Positions 47,022 through 55,818 of a stretch of 64,000 nucleotides of DNA are shown here, piece by piece. Below the pieces are notes generated by a model that searched no databases, was not told the origin of the DNA, and was given only the letters and a program-made list of their open reading frames with translations. The position numbers were made by a program, and so were the translations under genes. The stretch spans positions 96,001 through 160,000 of the forward strand of contig JAXGPF010000012.1 of the NCBI GenBank assembly GCA_040767085.1, given 5' to 3'. The stretch is from Kiritimatiellia bacterium. GTDB taxonomy: Bacteria > Verrucomicrobiota > Kiritimatiellia > JAAZAB01. Numbering within the stretch: the first letter of the stretch is position 1; each line of letters starts with the position of its first letter.

Positions 47022-48218
47022 GTGAAAATCATTTTCAAATATTTGCATGGATTAATTGCAGCTGTCCTGGCCGCGCCGCTGCTTGACGCGGGCGCGCAGC
47101 CGTCCGGGGCAATGCGCCTGATGCCCGATTTCCCGGAAATGCTCTGGCTGGCCGCCGGCGATTTGAATGGCGATGGCCGCATGGACCTGGCGGCGGTGGA
47201 ACGCCGGACCCGGCGCGCGCGGGAAATGGATAAAACAGTTTACCACATTGATCATATATTAAACTTGTATGACAATCCCGGCGGCGAGTTTATCCATCAG
47301 CCGGCAATATCCCTGGATTTGCCGGTTGCGCCTTCCGGTTTACTGATTGGCGATTATGATCGCGACGGCAAAAGCGATGTGGCGGTCGGATTGCGGCCGC
47401 GCCGCGAGCTTTTGATTTATCCCGGTGCGGCGGGGTTGACCAATGCGCAGGTTTTGCATTATGGCAATGATTCAGGCGGAGCGTCGCTGGCCGCCGGCCG
47501 TATTTCGCCCGGAGGCGCGGATTTTATGACCGGCGCCGCCTGGCGCAAGTGGCATGACGGCGCGCGGCTCGATGCCGGCTATTTCAGCGGTCCGGAAGAA
47601 AATGACAACCTTATCTCAACGCTGGCCGATTTGAATTGGGATGGATGGGACGATGTGATTTTTACCACCCGCAATCACTGCGTCCGCATATACTACGGGC
47701 CGATTATGCGCATGGGCATCCTGGGGGTAAATGACGCGTTTGGAGTAGTAACCCTGAAGCCGCCGCTGCATACGAATGCGCCCCAGCCGGTTTTACGGCA
47801 GGTTATAACCGCCGATGTCAATGGCGACGGCCAGCTTGATTTGCTGGCGGGCGCGCCCGGGCGCACGCTGGTTTGGCTGCAAAACAATCCGATTGGATTT
47901 ACGGAAAATGCCGAGCCCGCCCTGGTGATGGAAGGTTTGGTGGCTTTACTGGCGGTGGATTTGTCCAGGCAGGGGCATTTGGATGTGGTTTTCCGGTCGG
48001 AGGATGCCCGGGAACTGACGGTATGGCGGCAGGATCAAGACGCACCGTTAACGTCCGGCGGCGCGGCGTCCGGCGCAAAGTATGCGATGCCGCGGGCCAT
48101 CAACGCGGTAGCGGCAGGTGATTTCAATGGCGATGGCGCGCCGGAACTGCTGGCGGGGCTGGCCGGCGGCGGCCTGGCTGTTATGGATTTGCGGCGGAAA
48201 GCCGCGCCTGGAGAATAA
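47022..48218 (+). CDS. Secreted FG-GAP/VCBS repeat beta-propeller protein
   Basis: Signal peptide; repeated GD.NGDG..D motifs. Confidence 0.85.
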   Translation: MKIIFKYLHGLIAAVLAAPLLDAGAQPSGAMRLMPDFPEMLWLAAGDLNGDGRMDLAAVERRTRRAREMDKTVYHIDHILNLYDNPGGEFIHQPAISLDLPVAPSGLLIGDYDRDGKSDVAVGLRPRRELLIYPGAAGLTNAQVLHYGNDSGGASLAAGRISPGGADFMTGAAWRKWHDGARLDAGYFSGPEENDNLISTLADLNWDGWDDVIFTTRNHCVRIYYGPIMRMGILGVNDAFGVVTLKPPLHTNAPQPVLRQVITADVNGDGQLDLLAGAPGRTLVWLQNNPIGFTENAEPALVMEGLVALLAVDLSRQGHLDVVFRSEDARELTVWRQDQDAPLTSGGAASGAKYAMPRAINAVAAGDFNGDGAPELLAGLAGGGLAVMDLRRKAAPGE

Positions 48219-48222
48219 AAAC

Positions 48223-49650
48223 ATGCCGAAAGAAGATATTGCGGGACTGGTGCGCCATTGGCGGTATACGCCGGATGACAGATATCTTGCCAACCCGCAT
48301 CGCGGTTGTTGCACTTTTCAACGTTTTAACGGCGATCCGCTGTATGACGGCGCTGGCTGGACGGAAGCCGGACCGGTAAACGGCGCCTTGTCGCCGGCGG
48401 CCGGGGCCACGGGGGTGCCCGGGTATTTTGCTCCGGCGGTAACTCCGGGTTTTTTGCCGACAACCGTGGCGTATTGCCGCTGGTTTTGGGAAAAATTGGA
48501 ACCAAGCGAAGGTGTGTATGACTTTTCCATGATTGACAAAGCCCTGGATGCCTGCCGGCAGCGTGGTCAGACGTTGGCGTTGCGCCTGATGCCGTTCGGG
48601 GCGGCCTACGTCGGCCAGGCCGGACTCCCGGACTGGTATATAAAAAAATATCCAACGCAAAAATGGCACGCTACGGACATGTTGGCGCCCGTTTACGATG
48701 CCCCCGGATATTTTGAGCGGTTCGGCGGATTGATCGCCGAATTTGCGCGGCGCTATGACGCGCATCCGCTGCTGGAGACGGTGGACGTGGCGTTTCTCGG
48801 TCCGTGGGGGGAAGGCGACGGCGTTTGTTCGCAGGCGCGCGTAGACCAGTTCGCCGAACTTTACCGGCGCGCATTCCAACATACTCCGCGCCTGGCATTA
48901 ATCGGAGGAGGAGGCGGCGCCGCCGGCCAGGGCGACCAGTTGCGCGCCGGCATTGCGCATGGCAGCGGCTGGCGCGCGGATTGCTTCGGCGACCTGCGGC
49001 AGAAGCATAACCATCCCGCCCCGCTGCATATGATTTGGAATCACATGTACAATTTATACCCCAAAAGGATTTGCGAGGTCGGCGCGCAGGACGCCTGGAA
49101 GACGGCGCCGGTCCATTTCGAGGTCTGCGAAGTGCCCATGGATTGGTATCGGCAGGAGTTTGACATTGATTTCATCATCGAGCAGGGATGGAAATATCAT
49201 ACCACTTATTTCATGCCGAAATCATCGCCGCTGCCGGAAGCATGGATGGACAAGCTGGCTGCTTTTTGCAACAAGCTGGGATATCGCTTTGTCTTCCGCC
49301 AGGCCACTTTGAGCCGGCGCACGGCGCGCGGCGGGAAATTTGTGTTCCGCGCGTGGATTGAAAATACCGGCGCGGCGCCGCTGTATCGGCGATACGATTT
49401 CGCCTTGCGTTTGCAGCAAGGCGATGCGCAGGAAGTGATCGTCTTGGAAGATGTGAATCCCTGCCAATGGTTGCCGGGCGACATCTGGCTGGATCGTGAA
49501 ATTGACTTGCCACGGTCTTTTCAATCCGGGTATATTGAACTGTCGGCCGGTCTGCTGGACAGGCGCACGCATCAGCCTGGTGTTAATTTCGCCGTCAGGG
49601 AAAGATTTGCGGACCGTTGGATGCTGCTGGGCGGAGTAGAGGTTGTCTGA
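48223..49650 (+). CDS. DUF4832-type / beta-galactosidase-like glycoside hydrolase
   Basis: NPHRG, R..W..LEP.EG.YDFS, G.WGE, LGYRF, N.G.AP. Confidence 0.7.
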   Translation: MPKEDIAGLVRHWRYTPDDRYLANPHRGCCTFQRFNGDPLYDGAGWTEAGPVNGALSPAAGATGVPGYFAPAVTPGFLPTTVAYCRWFWEKLEPSEGVYDFSMIDKALDACRQRGQTLALRLMPFGAAYVGQAGLPDWYIKKYPTQKWHATDMLAPVYDAPGYFERFGGLIAEFARRYDAHPLLETVDVAFLGPWGEGDGVCSQARVDQFAELYRRAFQHTPRLALIGGGGGAAGQGDQLRAGIAHGSGWRADCFGDLRQKHNHPAPLHMIWNHMYNLYPKRICEVGAQDAWKTAPVHFEVCEVPMDWYRQEFDIDFIIEQGWKYHTTYFMPKSSPLPEAWMDKLAAFCNKLGYRFVFRQATLSRRTARGGKFVFRAWIENTGAAPLYRRYDFALRLQQGDAQEVIVLEDVNPCQWLPGDIWLDREIDLPRSFQSGYIELSAGLLDRRTHQPGVNFAVRERFADRWMLLGGVEVV

Positions 49651-49673
49651 TCTAATTTCAAGAGGGGGGGTAT

Positions 49674-51029
49674 ATGAAGTATCTTGGGCTTTTGTGCTTG
49701 GCGCTTGGATTGAGCCTGCCGGCCGCCGGCGCCGGCACCTGGTATGTGGATGATGACCGTCCGGATGATTCCGGCGACGGCGCAAGTTGGGCGTCCGCCA
49801 AGCGCACCATTCAGGCGGCGGCGGACCTGGCGGTTGCCGGCGGCGGATTGGTTCTGGTGACCAACGGCGTCTATCGCGAAGGGGGCAAGGCCGATACGGA
49901 CGGAATCACCAACCGCGTCTACAGCGCCAACGGCGTCACCATTCAGGCGATGAGTACGAATCCGTGGGATACCGTGATTGAAGGCGCCCCGGACCCGGAT
50001 ACGGGCGGGCTCGGGCCGAAGGCGGTCAGGGGATTCAAGGGGCCGCTTTACGGCGGTACGGCCTATTTGATCGGTTTCACGATTTCCAATGGATACACCT
50101 GGGCCAGCGGCGGTATGGATTTCAAGGATCGCCGCGGCGGCGGCGCCAACGGCGGTATTTTGAGCAATTGTGTCGTGACCGGCAATGCCGCGATTGACGG
50201 CGGCGGCGCTGGATATCTGGTTGCCTATAATTGCATCATACAAAATAATACGGCGGTGACCAATGGCGGCGGGTTGTATTACTCGCAGGCGTATGCTTGC
50301 CTGATCAGCAACAACACCGCCGGCGCTGCCGGCGGTGGGCTGAATCAATGCAATGCCGTCGGCAGTGAAATCGTCAATAACGCCGCTATAGCAGGCGGCG
50401 CTATGGCATTAAATTGCAGCGCCACGAATTGTATCATCCGTGGCAACACGGCGTCTTCCTATGGTGCGGTGGCGGGTTATTCACAGGCGACCTGGCATCG
50501 TTTCCATAATTGCCTGATTGTTGAAAACACCGGGCCATATGGCGCCATTTACCAGCGTCTTGGGACGGCTGGCAATGTCGGTACGCTGATCAATTGCACC
50601 ATGGTCAGCAATCGCGCGACCACCGCCGGCCGTTGCGCCGGCTTGGTCGGGTTGAACGGCTTGAACCCGGGGCCGTATTTGATTACCAACAGCATCATCC
50701 GCTACAATTGGAATATCGCCGATGACGTGGAATCCAACTACTGGTTGGCTGCAACCAACAGTTGGGTATCGCATTCATGCCTGGCGCCGGATGTCACGGG
50801 GCAGCTATTTGACATGGGCGGGAATAATGCCGCCGACCCTTTGATAGCAGCCGGGGCGGGATATTGCCTGCAAAATATTTCACCTTGCATCAATGCCGGA
50901 ACCAATCAGCCGTGGATGGACGATGCGGTTGATCTTTTGTTCAACCGGCGGATTGATCGGATCGTCAGGCGGGTGGACATGGGCTGTTATGAATACATGT
51001 TCCCCGGATCGTTTTTCCGTGTGCGATGA
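49674..51029 (+). CDS. Secreted beta-helix protein with choice-of-anchor Q domain
   Basis: Signal peptide, WYV...G.SW..A..TIQAA, repeated NC....N.A..GGG, SPCINAG...DL...R...VDMGCYE. Confidence 0.8.
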   Translation: MKYLGLLCLALGLSLPAAGAGTWYVDDDRPDDSGDGASWASAKRTIQAAADLAVAGGGLVLVTNGVYREGGKADTDGITNRVYSANGVTIQAMSTNPWDTVIEGAPDPDTGGLGPKAVRGFKGPLYGGTAYLIGFTISNGYTWASGGMDFKDRRGGGANGGILSNCVVTGNAAIDGGGAGYLVAYNCIIQNNTAVTNGGGLYYSQAYACLISNNTAGAAGGGLNQCNAVGSEIVNNAAIAGGAMALNCSATNCIIRGNTASSYGAVAGYSQATWHRFHNCLIVENTGPYGAIYQRLGTAGNVGTLINCTMVSNRATTAGRCAGLVGLNGLNPGPYLITNSIIRYNWNIADDVESNYWLAATNSWVSHSCLAPDVTGQLFDMGGNNAADPLIAAGAGYCLQNISPCINAGTNQPWMDDAVDLLFNRRIDRIVRRVDMGCYEYMFPGSFFRVR

Positions 51030-51230
51030 AACCCCGGCCATCCGGGGGATGGTGGTTATGGCATTTCGAAGACTATAACGGCCATATATCATGGTGCGGG
51101 TATCCGACGCGGTGCAGCCGATGCGCCGCAATCGATCGGGTTCCTGCCGTTGGAAGCAAAACCAGCCAGGACAACGGTTTGGACGAATCCAAGGCCGGCG
51201 GCTGCGGGTATGATAGGGTTTGTCGCCGAT

Positions 51231-52943
51231 ATGAATATGAATCAGCAGGGTTCTAAAGCTGTTTACGGTTACAGAATATTAAGAGATGTCGGCATTACGA
51301 TGCGGGATGGAGTCCGCCTTTCTGCAAATATCTTTCTCCCCGGGGCGGAGGGGAAATTTCCGGTGATCTTTCAACGCATGCCGTACGGGCACAGCGGAAA
51401 CGGCATAGGAGAATTTTATGCGCAGCGGGGTTACGCTTACTTGATCCAGGACTGCCGCGGGCGTTATGATTCCGCGGGCGAATTTTATCCTTTCCGGGAT
51501 GACGGGCGCGACGGTTATGACAGCCTTGACTGGATCTGTGCGCAGCCCTGGAGTAATGGCCGGGTTGGCATGTTCGGGCCATCCTACCTGGGCGCCGTGC
51601 AATGGCTTTTGGCAATCGAAAAGCATCCGGCGCTTCAGGCGATCGTTCCCAATGTCATACCCGGCGATTTCTGGAGGAACGGCTACTGGAAAAGCGGCAC
51701 GTTCAGCCTGGCGCTTAATTCCCTCTGGCTGTGTCTGGAGATTTCCGGCCGCACCAGCGATTTAAACATGATCCCGGCGTATGATTTGAATGCTTTTTTC
51801 CGGCATCTGCCCCTGATGACCCTGGATGAAAAAGCCGGCAGACCATGTCAGTTCTGGAAGGATTTTCTCAAAAACAACCGTTACGGAAAATATTGGGAAA
51901 GCCTCGGGATTCACCACAGATATGAACAAATCCAGGTCCCGACATTTATAATGGGCGGATGGTTCGATTATTATCCCGGAGAAGCCTTTCGTTCTTTCAA
52001 CGGCCTTCGAAAAAACTCACGGGATGAAAAACTTAAAAAACGGCGTAAAATCATCATTGGCCCATGGCAACACCTGATAAGCAATTCGACCAAACTGGGC
52101 GAAATTGACTTCGGCGCAGAATCCCTGCTGGATATAAATAATTTAGCCTTGCGCTGGTTTGACTGTTTGCTCAAGGATATCAATACCGGGATACTTGATG
52201 AGCCGCCGGTCGCTATCTTTGTGATGGGTATAAATAAATGGCGCCAGGAAAATGAATGGCCATTGGCCAGAACCAGATATGTCGATTATTATCTGCATAG
52301 CGGCGGTGCGGCGGGAACCGACGGGCATGACGGCGTTCTGAGTATTGAACCGCCCGGCGAGGAAATCCCGGATGAATATATTTATGATCCGGAAAACCCC
52401 GTCCCCACCATAGGCGGCAATCATTCCATTTGCTGGCCGGCCGCATATCATGTAATTGCTCCCGGACCGTTTGACCAGAGAAAAGTTGAAATTCGAAACG
52501 ATGTTCTTGTTTATACTTCCGATCCGCTTGCGGAAGACCTGGAAGTGACCGGCCTGATTCAGCTTGCGCTCTATGCTGCAAGCGATGCCCAGGACACCGA
52601 TTGGACGGCAAAACTGGTTGACGTGTATCCGGACGGCCGGGCGATGAACTTGTCCGAGGGTGTTATCCGGGCAAAATTCCGGGAAAGCATATATGCGGAA
52701 CCGAAGCTTCTGGAACCCGGGCGAATTTACGAGTATGAAATCGAAATGCAGCCGACCAGCAATGTATTCCTCAAAGGGCACAGAATCAGGCTGGACATCA
52801 GCAGCAGCAACTTCCCGTTGTGGGACAGAAATCTGAATACCGGACATGAGACGGGCATGGATGCGGAAATGCGCATCGCCCGCCAGACCATTTACCATTC
52901 GCGGAAATACCCTTCGCGTCTCAGATTACCCGTCATCCCTTGA
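51231..52943 (+). CDS. CocE/NonD family serine hydrolase
   Basis: MRDGVRL, QDCRGRY.S.G, W.NGRVGM.GPSY, GGWFD, GPW.H, SSSNFP..DRN.NTG. Confidence 0.93.
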   Translation: MNMNQQGSKAVYGYRILRDVGITMRDGVRLSANIFLPGAEGKFPVIFQRMPYGHSGNGIGEFYAQRGYAYLIQDCRGRYDSAGEFYPFRDDGRDGYDSLDWICAQPWSNGRVGMFGPSYLGAVQWLLAIEKHPALQAIVPNVIPGDFWRNGYWKSGTFSLALNSLWLCLEISGRTSDLNMIPAYDLNAFFRHLPLMTLDEKAGRPCQFWKDFLKNNRYGKYWESLGIHHRYEQIQVPTFIMGGWFDYYPGEAFRSFNGLRKNSRDEKLKKRRKIIIGPWQHLISNSTKLGEIDFGAESLLDINNLALRWFDCLLKDINTGILDEPPVAIFVMGINKWRQENEWPLARTRYVDYYLHSGGAAGTDGHDGVLSIEPPGEEIPDEYIYDPENPVPTIGGNHSICWPAAYHVIAPGPFDQRKVEIRNDVLVYTSDPLAEDLEVTGLIQLALYAASDAQDTDWTAKLVDVYPDGRAMNLSEGVIRAKFRESIYAEPKLLEPGRIYEYEIEMQPTSNVFLKGHRIRLDISSSNFPLWDRNLNTGHETGMDAEMRIARQTIYHSRKYPSRLRLPVIP

Positions 52944-53074
52944 CGAATTTTACCCGCGGCAGACTGGTCCAGGCCCTGGATGCAGCCGGAGTTTGTATGG
53001 TACGGCATGGAGCAATAAATTCCACCAAAACGCAATATATTTCAGTTGGCACGCGCGCGGCGAGTGGTTAGATT
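52942..53074 (+). promoter_or_regulatory. Cassette promoter segment, copy 2 (TTGGCA-17-TAGATT), including a dead 5' stub of an araC paralog on the minus strand
   Basis: Minus strand reads IQTPAASRAWTSLPRVKF versus AraC MQTQDTSRAWTSLPRVKI. Confidence 0.7.
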
Positions 53075-53134
53075 GTAATGGTTAAGAATGAGTTATGTGT
53101 GCGGAATTGTCTGATTTCAACAACAGGAGCGAGT

Positions 53135-54598
53135 ATGCGTAAAATATGCTTGTTGGTGACGGCGGGGTATGCGTCGTTCCTTGCGGCCGACACCCATTAC
53201 GTGGTGCTCAACAACCCGGGCGCGGAATCGAATTACACCAGTTGGGCGACGGCGGCGGCGAACATCCAGGATGCGGTGGATGCGGCGGCGGCCAGCGATG
53301 TGGTTTTGGTGTCGAACGGCACTTATAACGCTGGCGGCCGGACGGAAGGCGCCTACACGCTGACCAACCGGGTGCTGGTTACCAAGGTCCTCGAATTGCG
53401 CGCCGTCAGCACCAATCCCGCCGATACGATCATTGAAGGCGCGGCGGACCCGGACGGGATCAACGGCAACGGCCCGGCTGCCGTGCGGGCCTTGCGCTTG
53501 ACGGTTACTGGCGCGAAAATCGTCAATTTTACCATCCGTAACGGGCACACTCAAACCAACGGCGATATAGCCGCTGAGCAATCCGGCGGCGGCATTCTGG
53601 GGCATTGGCCATCTGTGTCAAACTGCGTGATTGAAAATTGCGGCGCCCGCGCCAATGGCGGCGGGTTTACCTATGGCTATTTGTATGATTGCGTGGTCAG
53701 CAATAACCAGGCGGACGGCGTTGGTGCGGGAAATGTTTTTGGCGGCGGCGGGGCTTATAACTCCGGCGCTTATGATTCGACGATTGTCAATAACCGGTCG
53801 TTGAAAAATGGCGGGGGGTTGGCTGCCGGCAACATTATTTCCAATTGCCTGGTTGCCGGGAATGCCGCCGTCAATAGCGGCGGAGGCATTCACTATTATA
53901 ATCATGCCGGGCTGAGCGTGGATTCGGTTTACAGCAATAACGAATGCGGCAGCAACGGCGGCGGACTATACAACACTAAGATATTGCGGTGCCGGGTGGT
54001 GGATAACCGTGCCGGTATTGTTAGCGGCATTGGCGGCGGGGCGAGTTCCTGTTATGCCACCAACAGCATATTCTATGGCAATACCGCTGCTTATGCCGGC
54101 GGCATTGGCGGGTCGTCGACGAACAACAGTTACCCGGTATATAACTGCCTGATTTACAGCAACATCGCCGGGACTGCCGGCGCCATGCGGTATGCCTTCC
54201 CTGTGAATTGCACGATTGTCGGCAACATCGCGTCCAACGGCGCGGCCGGGCTGGATACTGGCGTTGTGGCCACTAATTGCATCGTTTACGATAATGTCAC
54301 CGAGGGGACCGTCAGCAATTATTCCGGCACGGTGCAGTTTAAAAACTGCAATGTCTGGCCGCTGCCGACTGGCGGCGGCGATCTGGGCGATAATAGTTCC
54401 AATGCGCCGTCCTTCATGAATTTGCCGGCCGCGGATTTCCGGCTGGCGCCCCGCGATTCGTGCATCAACGCAGGCTTGACGGAAAGCTGGATGGCGGACA
54501 CGGTTGATCTGGACGGGCGGGCGCGCGTGCGTTACGGGGCGGTGGATATGGGCTGTTACGAGCAAATTTACCAGGGCACGCTCTATTCCATCCATTAG
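53135..54598 (+). CDS. Secreted beta-helix protein with choice-of-anchor Q domain (paralog of 49674-51029)
   Basis: SWATAAANIQDAVD, VSNGTY, LTNRV, N.A..GGG repeats, SCINAG...DLDG..R...VDMGCYE; AGGAG RBS. Confidence 0.8.
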   Translation: MRKICLLVTAGYASFLAADTHYVVLNNPGAESNYTSWATAAANIQDAVDAAAASDVVLVSNGTYNAGGRTEGAYTLTNRVLVTKVLELRAVSTNPADTIIEGAADPDGINGNGPAAVRALRLTVTGAKIVNFTIRNGHTQTNGDIAAEQSGGGILGHWPSVSNCVIENCGARANGGGFTYGYLYDCVVSNNQADGVGAGNVFGGGGAYNSGAYDSTIVNNRSLKNGGGLAAGNIISNCLVAGNAAVNSGGGIHYYNHAGLSVDSVYSNNECGSNGGGLYNTKILRCRVVDNRAGIVSGIGGGASSCYATNSIFYGNTAAYAGGIGGSSTNNSYPVYNCLIYSNIAGTAGAMRYAFPVNCTIVGNIASNGAAGLDTGVVATNCIVYDNVTEGTVSNYSGTVQFKNCNVWPLPTGGGDLGDNSSNAPSFMNLPAADFRLAPRDSCINAGLTESWMADTVDLDGRARVRYGAVDMGCYEQIYQGTLYSIH

Positions 54599-54608
54599 CG
54601 CAACAATC

Positions 54609-55799
54609 ATGAAAAAAATCATTCCGTCCCGCCGCCGGCGCCTGGTTATCCTGGCCTGGTTGTTGTCCATCCCTCTGTATGCCGGCATGCCGCGGTTCGA
54701 TGCCGACCCGCTGTGCCGGACGGAAAAGATTCCCGGGCTGGTCGCCCTGGCCTTCGGCGATTTAAATGGCGACGGCCTGCCGGACATGCTGGCCAATGCC
54801 TTCGGCGCCAACCAAGCCGGCGCGGAGGCGGAAATCCTCGTGTTTTACAACCGGGCGGGCAAGCTGCCGGAGGCGCCGGACCGGAAAATTCCATCCCCGC
54901 ATTGTTTCCGCATGACCGTGTACGACTTCGATCAGGATGGGAAGAATGACATTGGTTTGGTGGCGGGATCCCGTCTGCACTTCCTTTTGCACAAGGATGG
55001 GTTTGATCCTGAAAAGAAGCGGGAGTTTTTTAACACCAATCAACGGGTCACGGACATACAGGTGTGTAAATTAAACAATGCCGGAATATTTGATGTATTG
55101 GTCGGGCCGGTCTGGCGCAAGTTCACCGCGGCCCAAAGCGGTTTTACGGTTCAAAACGGTTATATCCTGGGGCCGAAGATCAATGACACCTGGCGCACGC
55201 TGGCGGTGGATGTCAATGCCGACGGGTTCATGGACATCGTCGGATCGGGCCGGAACGACAATACCCTGCGGATTTATTACGGCCCGATTTTGTCGCTGAA
55301 CGTCTATCCGGACGACTTGAGCGATTTCCTGCAACTCCCGGTGTCGCCCGGCGGCATTTACGGCGGATTCGCCGTGGCCGACTTGAATGGCGACCACATG
55401 GCCGACCTGGTGGTGGCCGACGGCCGGAACCGCCAGACCTACATCTATTACCAGAACGAGCCGGCGGGCTTCGACGGAGATGCCCAGCCCTCGCTGACCA
55501 TCAAAGGCGGCGGCATAGTTTACACGCCCGACCTGGCCGGCAACGGGACTGCCAGTCTTGTGATTCTGGATGATGCCAGCAAAGCCGGCGTTTTCCAGCC
55601 GCGGGCCGGCCGGGCGATCCCGGATGACCTGGCGAATTTCGACCAGGTCTTGCGGCTGCCCCGGACGATCCGATTGTATTTCGCGGATATGGACAGCAAT
55701 GGCTGCCAGGACATGATCCGGCAAGGGCATGACGGCAGCGTAGCGATCCATGCGTGCCGGCCCGGCCCGGACCAGCCTGCCGGCGTTTCCGGTGATTGA
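54609..55799 (+). CDS. Secreted FG-GAP/VCBS repeat protein (paralog of 47022-48218)
   Basis: D.NGDG..D repeats; shared WRK...GY..GP..ND and RIYYGPI blocks. Confidence 0.85.
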   Translation: MKKIIPSRRRRLVILAWLLSIPLYAGMPRFDADPLCRTEKIPGLVALAFGDLNGDGLPDMLANAFGANQAGAEAEILVFYNRAGKLPEAPDRKIPSPHCFRMTVYDFDQDGKNDIGLVAGSRLHFLLHKDGFDPEKKREFFNTNQRVTDIQVCKLNNAGIFDVLVGPVWRKFTAAQSGFTVQNGYILGPKINDTWRTLAVDVNADGFMDIVGSGRNDNTLRIYYGPILSLNVYPDDLSDFLQLPVSPGGIYGGFAVADLNGDHMADLVVADGRNRQTYIYYQNEPAGFDGDAQPSLTIKGGGIVYTPDLAGNGTASLVILDDASKAGVFQPRAGRAIPDDLANFDQVLRLPRTIRLYFADMDSNGCQDMIRQGHDGSVAIHACRPGPDQPAGVSGD

Positions 55800-55818
55800 C
55801 CAGTTGTATGAGAGCATT

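Noticed and set aside
53047-53061. Sigma54 promoter (TGGCACG...GC)
   Set aside because: Lacks TTGC at -12; both copies fit sigma70 spacing and the adjacent regulator is AraC-type.
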